A DNA stretch of 63,126 nt, counting the filler, from Ministeria vibrans ATCC 50519 (taxonomy: Eukaryota; Protista; Filasterea), in NCBI GenBank assembly GCA_943704425.1. It is 10 parts of 10 records of this genome, joined end to end, with 100 filler letters (N's around TTAATTAATTAA, not from the genome) between each part and the next. Parts side by side here need not be neighbours in the genome. Positions count along the whole stretch, not along the records: positions 4,152 to 26,998 come from CALSCP010000328.1; positions 27,099 to 34,992 come from CALSCP010000857.1; positions 35,093 to 38,080 come from CALSCP010000482.1; 7 more parts are not named here. The stretch is one strand, 5' to 3'. Position 1 is the first letter of the stretch, and every line of letters starts with the position of its first letter. The notes under the pieces were generated by a model that searched no databases, was not told the origin of the DNA, and was given only the letters and a program-made list of their open reading frames with translations. A program made the translations under genes and the position numbers. Below are positions 24,373 through 35,440 of this stretch, piece after piece.

Positions 24373-26138
24373 TCAAGTGGGAAAGGCAAAGGAGGAGGAG
24401 ACCCACTCTCCGTGTGATTTGTTGTTTTCCGGGTTGTCCACTCTGTTCTTTTCCCACAGAGTGTTGGCGGACAGTCCGTTTTTGATAATGGGAGAAGACT
24501 AAAACGGAAACAGTGAGTGAGCCATTGAGTGAGTGAATAAGTAAGATTGGGTGAGTGAGTAAATAAGTGAGTCGGTGGGTGAATCAGTGAGTAAATAAAT
24601 CAGTCAGTCAGTCAGTTCGTGAGCGAGTACGTGAATGAACAAGTCTATATTTACCTTGAGAACAATATCTTCGTCGGAGAGAACGATAGAGAGAGAATTT
24701 CCATCAATTGTACCCTGGCAAAGAAGATCAAAAAGTGTTAATAAGTGGCACGCTCAGTGAGATTGAGGCACAGTCACATGAACGACAGTCTTTTTAAAAA
24801 GTACTTTTTCTCAACACAAAAAAATAAGCAAAAAAAAAGGGGGGGAGGGTTACCGGATCAACTGAGCCCTTGAGTGTGACAATGCGTGGTAGACCATACA
24901 TAATATCGTCTTCGTTGTCCGTCGGTGGTTTCCATCCGCCCGTTTTCTTCTGAAAATGCACAGCAGACACACAAAATCAGTGACTGAAACTGCCCATATT
25001 ATACATATCATATATAGATAATACTTTAGGCGCCCGCGCTTCGTCTTCGTTGCTTGAGCGCCGTTGAGGCGCAAAGTTACGAATCATGTCCTATAAAAAA
25101 AGGAGGGATACCCAACAACACACAAGTTCAATTTGCAACGGCACATATATACGACAGAATGGATTTGTGGTACTTTGACGGCAGAACGTGAGGGTTGCGA
25201 GTTGTGGGGGGGATCTTCAATGCTGGAAAGAGAGGGGCGACTGTCGGGAGTGGTGCTGCCCGTGAGGATATTGGTGAGACGGCGCATGAAGGGCACTGCT
25301 GCGGGTGCTTCGTAGACGTATTCGGTGGAGGTGTTGACAACCGTGTGGGCTTTGGTCATGGTTGCAAATGGCGACGTTGCCTCGTCCGCGGCCGGCTCTG
25401 TCGAGGACGAGTGAATGAGGCGTGCGCTGGAGTGGACTGACTTTGAACTGAGGCTTTGCGTGTCGCCGTCGTCGTCCGTGCGCGTCCGCAGCGAGCCGTC
25501 CGCCCCCTGGTCGAGGCGCTGCTCCTCGCTCTCGTCGTGAATCCAGTTGGGCGTCTCCACCGTCGCATTTCGCTTGCTGCGAACCTGTATCACACCGGGT
25601 TCAGTACCTGCGCCGGACAGCGACGCGACGAGCCCTCCTCCTTACCCGTTCCATTTTGCTCATTTCCGGACTGGCCATTTTCTGTGTCTCTTCTGCGCAC
25701 CAAACGATCAGCTCCAAGTCATACTCAACCGCTCCACACCACCGGCTTACCTTCCCACACGAGAATCTCAGGGGTCTTTGCGGGTGCCTTGCTGCGCTTC
25801 GTCGACGGATCTCTGTGCGGTGGTGGTTAGCTGATAGCGCAATGGCTTTTTATAGCACAGGTGCGATACGGACCTTCTCGCCGCTTTGCAGATGAGCCAG
25901 ATGATGACAGCCATTCCGACAACAAAGACAAGGCCGCCAATGCTGGCGCCAACGGCAACGGTCGCTGTTTCGCGTCGAGACACAGTCAGTCAGTGCGATT
26001 GGGATATGACACGATAATGATGATATGATATGGGTCGTGTGACCACTTACCATCACTGCTCAGGGCCTCGCTGGGGTGCGCCGCCAGGACGACAAGGACG
26101 ATCGGAGCCCCGATGGCTGCTGACGCGACTATCCGCAT
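24373..26138 (-). CDS. Single-pass membrane protein with signal peptide, very short ectodomain and long disordered tail (about 9 exons, manually spliced)
   Basis: MRIVASAAIGAPIVLVVLAAHPSEA-LSSD|ATVAVGASIGGLVFVVGMAVIIWLICKAARR... followed by phase-compatible GT-AG exons ending ...SSSFAFPT*. Confidence 0.6.
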
Positions 26139-27098
26139 CAAAAATTAAAATTATTGCTGCTCAGGTCTTCAGGAAATCAATCATGGAATCAGACGTGAAT
26201 GAAGAATCAATTTGCAGTGATGATCTCCTTAAATTTCTTTTTTTGGGGGGAGGGGGGGTCTATGACTCGATTGTTTGTTTGTTGTTGGTACTTGGAAGGC
26301 TGGGCAAGTGGGGCGTGCGTGTTGTCTTTGTACTTCTTTTCATTCATGTTTTTAAAGTAACTTTCGAAGTAGTTCCTTCTTTAAGTAGCTTGTCCAGTAC
26401 CCTGTCTTCTTATCAGACTCCTTTGTACTTTGTACGGAGTACGACGTACGAATCAGCGAGCAATCAAACGAATGAAGCGAATGAAATATAATAAAGCACA
26501 AGTTGTTGTTGTGAGCTCATTCGATTGTATTTTTATTCAGTCAGATTTCGTGCCGGTACAGTGCGCTGTCCGGGATTCAGTTGCTATCATGTTGTCGCAT
26601 AATAAACTCGGTTGATCTGTGAGTAAAGAGTGGAAGTCAACAAAAATAATTATTGATTCAATTTATAAGTCAAAGTTTTTGTGCTCTAGCTCACCAGCAC
26701 AAACTTTGTAAGCCAATTATGTGCCGCAGGAATGCGATACAACCCGTCGTGAAGACGATGAAAAATCTCCAAATGCGGTAAACGAGAAAAATACCGCTCT
26801 ATTTTGGTGAGTGTCTCGAATTTGTATGCATCGTTAAACATGAACGGATCTCACACAATGCGAGTTCTCGTGTAAGCAACTGTCGCACACGCTGGTGCTG
26901 CTGGGCGATGTACAGTGCACATTATGATGCCAAGTGCAGTGCTATCTCAGTTGAGCTGTATCACTTTTTTTTTTTTTTTTGAAAACCTAGAGGATGAANN
27001 NNNNNNNNNNNNNNNNNNNNNNNNNNNNNNNNNNNNNNNNNNTTAATTAATTAANNNNNNNNNNNNNNNNNNNNNNNNNNNNNNNNNNNNNNNNNNNN

Positions 27099-27207
27099 AC
27101 CAGCTTGATCTGCACATACTGAATACCAAAGGTTGCGGGACGCTGGAGCGACGTGGCGCCGCCCGTGCCGTAAATCGAGTTGCTAATCTCAAACTTGACG
27201 CGGCACT
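27099..27207 (+). repeat. 109-bp exact terminal direct repeat of the contig (second copy 34884-34992)
   Basis: accagcttgatctgcacatac...aaacttgacgcggcact is present at both contig ends. Confidence 0.97.
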
Positions 27208-29256
27208 GACCCTGGCCGTTGGTCGAGTGGCATGCGGCACGCGTGAGCGAGCCGTCCGTGTCCGATTCGGTCATATCGATCCAAGCGTCGGTGACACCCT
27301 CGCGCACGAGAACCTGCATGCCAACGCCCTGGGCACTGAGATCGTCCACGGAGTAGTGGTCAAAGTCGATGACAATGGTGAGCACCTGGAAGACACCACC
27401 AAGATCGAAGTGGAGCGAGCGCGACTGGGGTGCGTTGGGCGCATCACTGCATGCCACGTTACCGTTGGTGGTGCAGCGAGTGCCTGCCCAGTAGCTGGGA
27501 AGCGCGGCAGTGTTTGAGATAGCGATGGACTTGGCGCCAGCATTGCTATCGGTGCTCTTAGCGGATGTAAGGAAGTAGGTGGCGATGTTGGTGCCCATGG
27601 CCCAGTTGGTGGCTGAAGCGCTGCTAGCCACAAAGCTCATCACGTCCGTGGCGGTGGCGAGGAGGTACCCGTTGGCGGCACGGTTGAAAAGGAACACGTT
27701 TGTGGCGCTCGCAAAGGCAGCACTTTCGGCCGGGCCTGTGGTCGCCTCGAGGTCCCACCAAAAGGTAGGGTCGTTGACGAACCAATCGTCGGAGTTGCCA
27801 ACCACAATGGCGTTGGCGGGCTTTGACGCATCGTAAGCGATAGTCTCGTTGGCGTTGTTGTGGAGCGTGCAAAAGTCCTGTGTGCCGAGGTCGGCGAGGC
27901 TATCGGCCGCCTGGAAGGCACCCGGCTCAAAGGTCTGCTCGACGCCAAAATTGAAGAAGCCAGTGCCGAAGGAAAGACCCGTGTAGATGCCGGCGTCGCC
28001 ACCGACGTTGATCAAGTTCCACACCTCGCTGTTCGGCACGTACTCGCCGGTGTTCAGGTCGATGATGGCGAAGAGGATGGTGAAAAAATTCTCGCCGTCC
28101 TGCGCGTCGTTTGAGACGGTTCCGAGTTGGAAGCGGACATCACGGGTGGGGAGCGCAGGGCGCAGCGTGTTCATGGTGATGTTCTCGATTTGCTCGTTGA
28201 GGGCTACCGCCAGTGGCGACGTGGTAGGGCGGTTGGTGAAGACGAGGCGGACCCACTGGCACACGTCGGCGATGTACGAGTTGACGGTGACGGTGGACTC
28301 GAGGCCGTGAAGTTCGGCCGAGTTGAGGCTCGCCTCCTGGAAGCGGTACAGGTTGAGGTAGCTGCTGGCACCGGAAACCTTGAAGGCCCGGTTGCGGAAG
28401 ACGGGACGCTCGTTGTCGTATTCGTCAATCCAAAACTCGGTTGTGGCGCGCGCGCGAAGCGGGATCGGCGTACCAATGGCGAACTTGTTGGGGAGTGCGG
28501 CAGGCTTGAAGTAGTCGAGCGAGAGAACGTCCCATTCAACATCAGACACAAACATGTGACCATCGGGGAGCGTGTAGGTGGCACGGAACTCGTAGTTGGT
28601 GTGCGACGTAAAAAGACGCGCCAGCTTGAAGCTGATGATCGAGGCACTCTGTTGGGCGGTCGTGAGTGTTTCAATGAGCGAAGCGGCCATGCTGGAGACG
28701 GGTGTCCAAGTGTTAGGCACATGGGTGGCCTGCTCCTGGACGGGGTTGCGGCGGAACTGAAAGTCGAAGACACCAGTGGAGGGGACCGAGCTAGACTTGA
28801 CGACGGTGACGGTGTACTCCGAGTTCTGGTGAGCCTCGCGACGCTTTTGCACGTCACTACCGCTGGTAGGCACGGCGGGCTTTTGAGCGAAGAGAGCCTT
28901 GTTGCAGGTGAGCTCGGAGGCCGGTGGGCACACCGCCTGCGAACAGTAACACTGGTTTCCGTCGAAACAGAGAGTGGTGGAGCAGTCGACAACCTGATCA
29001 ATGTGGAACTCAAAGGCCGCGTCTGTGGCAGCCACCTCAAAGTTGAAGATGGTGTCGACGGTGACAAGAATGGTCATCTGGATTTCGGTGGTCATTCCGG
29101 TGCACATGGCGTGCCTGTCAGAGAAAATATACAACGATCGTATCAATTTGTAATTCATTCTTCATTTCTCACTTACGTGGGCGCACCCTGGACGGTGTAA
29201 ATGAGGTCCTTGTCCACTTGCATGCGAAGGTCTGCCGCGTTGGAGCAGGCAGTCAC
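27099..29256 (-). CDS. Laminin-like protein, 5' part (unknown N-terminal region + first part of LN domain); continues at 34883 through the contig's terminal overlap
   Basis: Exon 29256-29177, then an exon from 29114. LN-like SYWAG...SLHFDLGGVFQVLTIVIDF; ends YVQIKL, identical to the start of the 34900 ORF. Confidence 0.85.
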
Positions 29257-29458
29257 CTAGCCATAAGTACAGGATAAAAGCGAGAAAAAGTTATAAGAAT
29301 GATGATAATGAACAAGCTGTCTCTCGGATAATATCCATCCCCTTTACAAAACAAGGACCGTGCGGAGACAAAAATACAGAACCCCATAATTATGAATTAT
29401 GGTGTTGTTGTACACGACGGGCGGGCTGAACAATCAGCAATAGGCCTGCTCTGTGCCC

Positions 29459-29491
<33 letters not shown>

Positions 29492-30067
29492 GTTATCAAA
29501 TGTGCCGATTATTGGTCGGACTGTCGCTCTTCTCGCACTCTGAGGAAAGAAACCAGTGCCCAAGTCGACTGGAGTTGTCGAGCGAGGTGAAAGAGAGACA
29601 CAGCAAGAAGTTACAAAAAAAAAGTAGGAATTTTTTTTGGCGCTGATTGAAAGACAAACTATTGATTATTAATTGCACATTATTTGTTACAATATCGCAA
29701 GCGCCAAGCGGACGCGACTTACGTCTACACTCTACAGACTTGAGACTACATACGACAGACGAGCACCGCGCCGCTCGCCCGTCCGTGCGCATAATACGTA
29801 CTCCTTTTACTTTCAATAAGACCAATCAATGTCCAATAGTAAATTTGATAATAATAAATATAATAATAATTATTATATTTCGTCGTTTCCCTGACTCGAT
29901 TAAATCACTCGAAGTTCTTGAATCTTGAACTGAGTCCACGAGATAACCTCAATTGATTGACAATGAAGTGCTTTTCAGTATAAAAGTGTGTGAAATAAAG
30001 TAGACTTTTTTTATAACTCTCCTCGCACACACTCTCCTCTCTCTCTCTTCTCTCACGTAAAAATAAC

Positions 30068-33000
30068 TTAGTTGGTGATGACGACGTTGAACTTGTTGGT
30101 CACAAGCGACATGTTGAGCACCTGCTGAACGGCGGCACCGCCAGCGTCGCTTCCGGGCAGGGTGACGAGCTGCAGGGCGCCCTTGAAACCGTCAAAGGCC
30201 GGGTCGCTGTTGATGTTGACGGCGGAACCGACCAGAGTGGGCACGGTACCAAGGTCAATGGTGGTGAACGAGCCGCTTACCGACGCCGAGCTGGAGATGA
30301 TGAGCGTCGTACGGTCGGCGTTGTACACGTTGATGGTACCCACCAATGAAGGACTGCTCGTCCACGAGATCTCCACCACATACCAGATGTTCGCGAGGAG
30401 ACCCGTCGTGGGCACCGAGGCGACACCAGTGCCGGAGCCGGCGTCGAACGAGAAGGCGAGCGAACTGCCACCCGAGGTGAAGCTCAGCTTGATGAAGTCG
30501 TTGATGCGGCGCGCGCTAAAGATAGTGCCGCTGACAAACGAGGTGACCTTGAAGCGGGCGCTGTAGGTCGAGCCTGCACTGGCGGTGGTAGCACGCGTGA
30601 TCAGCGTGTTCTCCACACGGAGACGTCCGGTGCCCGAGAACGTGCCGGTCTGCACCAACGTGCTCGAGGTACAGGTGGCGCCGGCCCAGCCCGAGGCGCA
30701 CGCACAAGTAAAGCCGACCGAGGTCTGGGTGCAGGTGCCACCGTTCTTGCAAGGAACACCAGCGCACGCGCCAATCACCAGAATTTCGAGCGCCAGAAGA
30801 CGCGCCGAGAGCGAATCCGTCTCAGTCTTGGTGCTGTACGTCGCAGCGGCGTCCACCTGACTGAGGAAGGTCGATGTGATCGCGGTCGACGTCATGTAGT
30901 TGGTCGACAGGTCCGTGTTGGTGTTGTCCACGCGTGTGTTCACGCTGGCCAGGTCGCTGGTGAGCGACGCCACATTGTTGGTGTTCGAGGTCACCTGGGT
31001 TTGCACAGTGCCCACCGTGGTGGTGAGGGCGGCAAGATCGCTGGTGAGCGACGCGACAGAGTTGGTGTTGCTCGTGACGCTTGTCTGGAGGGCTGTGATG
31101 GACGCCTCGTTTGCGGTAAGACGCAGGGCACCGGCACTCACAGCCATTGAGTTGGCGACCACGCGGTTGTCGAGAGACGACACGGTAACCATGGTGGCGT
31201 AGGTGGCGGCCACGCTCGAAGAGAGTGCGCTGATCTCGTTAGTGCGAAGAACGCTTTCTTGGGTGATTGCAGCGGTGTTGGAAGTTCCCACGCTAGCCGC
31301 CAACAGAATGGCCGCAGCGTTATCCGCAATCAAAACGGTGTTCGCGTCCACGTCAGTGCGCAGATTGGCAGCAAAAATGGTCGTGTCGCTGTTGAATGTC
31401 GTCTGTGTCGTCCACAATGCCATGTTTGAAGCCTCGTTGTCAGTGATAGTCTGCTGCAACTGCAGCACCGTGGCCTCGAGCAGATCGGCCTCGTTCGTGA
31501 GAATCACGATGTCGTCTTGCACTGCTGAAATCGACGCGTCTTGGACACCCTGGGCCGTCTGAATGCTGTCAATGTCCGCGCTGTTCTGCATGACTGTCGA
31601 CTCCTGGGCGGCAACCTTGGCCTCGGCGGCCACAATGCGAGCGTCAAAGGTGTCCACCTTGACTGACAAAGCATCAACCTCGGCCGTGAGAGCAATGTTG
31701 CTCGCCTCAATCGCATCGATGGTCGAGTTGATCTGAATGACGGTTTCCTCAAGAGGCTCCACCACGGCGTACACGTCAAGAACACATTGAGGGCAAGGCT
31801 CACACTCGACGTAGCGAGCATCGTTGGTCAAGCCCAAGGGCGAGTATGAGCCCGCAACGGCCTTGTAGCCACGAGAGCAAGTGCGGCAGGTGCGTCCCTC
31901 GTAGCCAGTTTGGCACGAGCAGGTGTAGTCACCCTCAAGACCGGCGCCCGTCGTGGCGCAGGTATCGTCAACAATGCCAGTACCGGCGTTACCAACGGAG
32001 CGCCCGTTGCAGTCACAGTCGAAGCACTTGAGCGACTTGCCGCCCGCACCGAGAACGAAGCCGTCCTCGACGACGGTGCCGAGATCCAGAGTCACGCCGG
32101 TGTCGCGGCGCACGGCGCTGCCGTAGGTGCCGCTGGCGCACAGCTGACATTTGTCACCCTCGGTGTTTCCAAGGCAGTTGTCGCAAATCTCCATGCCAGA
32201 GCTGTGCTGGCAGTTGAGCGTGGCAATGGTAAAGTTAACGTTGACGTTGCAGTCGCACGGGATGCATTCGCTGAATGAGTTGCACTCGCCGAGGGCGCTG
32301 CCACCGGCACCGGGCATCTCGCACACGGTGGGCGTGCCAAAGTACACCTGGTTGTTGCACGAGTTGCACGACGCACCCAAGTACGTCTTGAGACCGTCCG
32401 CGGGACGCTCGTCGGGGCAGTTACACACACGCTCGCCGGCAACATGATCGTAAAAGCACGAGCGGTCGGGGGCACCGGGCTGTTGTTGTTCGCAGAAGAG
32501 AGGGCCGCCAAGGCGCGTCTCGGTGACGGTAATGTCGACGCCGAGGTTGAGGTCACCAGTGAGCAGGTTAGCGCCAGTGTGGTGGTAGCAGTTGCCCTTG
32601 CAAGGCTCGCACGAGATGGAGGCGGACGGGTCGCCAGAGTAGGCGGGAGCGCATGTCTGGCAACGGAAGCCCGACTCGTTGTTGTTGCAGGTACACTCAC
32701 CGGTAGTCTCGGCACACTGAGAGTTTCCGCCAAAGCACCAGCCAGCGCAAGGCGAGCAGTCGTCAGCGAGCGTCTGCGACGCGCATCCGGATGGATTGGG
32801 CGAGAGGGCGCACGACGAGCACACGTCCAAGCTGACGGTAGGGTCGACCATAAGGTGACGGAAGTAGTTCGCCTGGCACTGTTCGCAGTTGAAGCCGGTG
32901 GTAAAGCCACCGCAGCTCTTGCACTCGCCAGTCCATTGGTCACAAATACCCTCGCCCGTGGCGGGATCTTCCTGCGAGTGGCCATTGCAGTTGCACGCAG

Positions 33001-34992
33001 TGCACGAAAGCTCGCGAGCGGGGTCGGTGTCGGCGATGGCAGCGGCCGCCACAATGTTGGCCAACGTGGCGGGGGTACGGGCGAAGCTCGGGAGACACAC
33101 GTCGCAGCGACCCAGATCGCCGTTAGTGGTACTGTCCTGGCAGGTAGACGCGTCGCACCATCCGGTGGCGTTGCACGTCGACGAGTGAGTGAAGCAGCGG
33201 AGCGAGCAGGGTGTGCACTGCTGTCCGTTCAGGCCGTTGCCGGGTGTCGACCAGTAGTTGGTCATGCATGACTCGCAGTTCTCGCCCTCGACACCATGTG
33301 CCGCGAGACAGAGTGGGGTGCAGTCGCCGCCGACGGGGTTGCACACCTCGAGGCCGTTGGTCAGGGTAATGTGACCGTTGCAGTTGCATGGCTGGCAGTC
33401 GTCGGTGAGATCGACGGCACAGTCACCGCCGGCGATGGAGCCGCTGACGCACGGACGGAAGAATCCCGCATCGCACGTCTCGCAGTTGGGACCGTTGGTG
33501 TTGCCCTGGCAGTTAAGCGAGCCCACCGACGGGTAGTCGTCGCAGTGGCCGCCGGTCTGGTGGCAGACGGTAGCATGACCGTTGCAAGCGCAAGCAAGGC
33601 ACTCGCGCTTGACACCACCGGCGCTCTCCTCGGCCGTTCCCTCGGCGTTCCAGTAGCCGAGCTCACACGACTCGCAGTTGTCACCAGTGGTGTGCTCATT
33701 TGCATCGCAAGTGCAGACACCCGTGGTCGGCGAACAAACAGAGTCCTGGTTACACGAGATGGTGCCGGCGACGGCCGTGTCAAAGTACGAGGCGTAGGTC
33801 GTGAGCTCGCCGTGCTGGTTGCAGGCACAGGCACTGCAGGCGTTGGCGAGCGGTGCCGAAGAAAGACGCCAGAAGTTAGGCTGGCAAATGGCGCACGAAG
33901 AGCCCTGAGTGTTGTCCTGGCACACATCCTCGGCGTTGGTGCCGTCGAACATGCAGTCGCCGCCCACTGGTGAGCATGTTGCCGAGTGGCTGTTGCAAGC
34001 ACACTCGCTACACACGAGGCCGTTCAGCGCGTTGCCGGTGCTGCTCCAGTAGCCGACCTCGCAGTCCTGGCAGTGGGTGCCGGTGGCATGGTGAGCGGGG
34101 TTGCAGAAGCAACCGCAACCATCCTGGTTGCACACTCCGTTGTTCTGGGCGGGGTCGTCGTGGCCGTTGCACGAGCACGCCTCGCACGTCTCGGCGAGAC
34201 AGCTCGGGTTGAGGATGGGGTTGCAAAGGTTGCGGCAAAAGCCAGCAACACAGTTCTCACAGTTATCACCCATGGTGTTGGTGCTGGCAGCGCACACGCA
34301 CACACCGGTGGACACATCGCAACCACGCGTGGTGTCGGCAGGGGTAAGCGAGCCCTGGATGGACCACGTATCGTGTCCGTGGCACTCGCACGCAAGGCAC
34401 GGGCCTCCGTTCGGGAAGAAGACTTTGAAAATCTCGGTCCAGTCACCGTTGGGGTCGATGAAGGCGCCGTTGATGCCGTCGTACAGGTAGAAGTTGTTAC
34501 CGATCGAGTCGGTCGTGGCCTCAGGCAGCAGAGGACCGTCGCACATGAAGCGAGCGGTGCTCAGGAACATGCCGGTCGTTGGGTTGCTGAAGGGCTTGTT
34601 GCACGTGGTGGTGGGATTGGTATCGCCCGTGGAGGGGCGGGGCACGTCATTCCAGGGGTTCTCCCAGTAGTTTCCCTTGCACTCACCGCAGTGGTCACCG
34701 GCGGTGAAATGCTGGCAGGTCTCGATGCGCGAGGGAATGTTGGTGCCAGACTCGTTCAGGATGCACACACCTGTCTCGGCATCGCAAGACTCAGACTGGC
34801 CGTTGCAGATGCAGTAGGCATTGACAAACATATCGGAGATGCCGAAGTACTGAAGGTCGGGTGAGAGGGTCACCTCAAACTGCACCAGCTTGATCTGCAC
34901 ATACTGAATACCAAAGGTTGCGGGACGCTGGAGCGACGTGGCGCCGCCCGTGCCGTAAATCGAGTTGCTAATCTCAAACTTGACGCGGCACT
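30068..34992 (-). CDS. Laminin-like protein, 3' part: end of LN, ~13 laminin-EGF repeats, ~335-aa coiled coil, EGF, laminin-G
   Basis: YFGISDMFVNAYCICNGQ (LN/LE junction), repeated CxCNGH...C...T.G..C..C..G[FY], CEPCPQC preceding heptads, CAGVPCKNGGTC EGF, LamG motifs WYVVEI...TLVGS...GFKGAL. Confidence 0.9.
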
Positions 34993-35440
34993 NNNNNNNN
35001 NNNNNNNNNNNNNNNNNNNNNNNNNNNNNNNNNNNNTTAATTAATTAANNNNNNNNNNNNNNNNNNNNNNNNNNNNNNNNNNNNNNNNNNNNTTTTTTTT
35101 TTTTTTTTTTTTTTTTGGGATGTGGTTCACAAGAGAGCACGCAGGACTCCGCTGCTGCTCTCGGTCTTCGCAAGACCGTCTGCACACACATCCATGAGAC
35201 AACTACATACCTGAGAAGCTCCAAAAAAAAAGGCAGCTCAATAATCAAATATCAAATCTCAAAAACGATTTTCCATTCGAACATACTTTGAACAATCAGC
35301 AAAAGAAATCATGGAAAACCTTAACAGCATACAACCATATTATTTTAAACGGTTAGTACGACAGTCACGTAGTAGTCAGATAAAGTAGAGTAATTTTTTT
35401 TTGGTATTAAAAATTATGGTGATTTGTACACAGGAGTCAG

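Noticed and set aside
26465-26960. Possible micro-exon gene on the plus strand
   Set aside because: Splice-like signals are present, but I found no consistent frame or recognisable product.
28127-34864. Long antisense or alternate-frame ORFs over the laminin-like gene
   Set aside because: Shadow ORFs expected from strong GC3 bias; no recognisable motifs.
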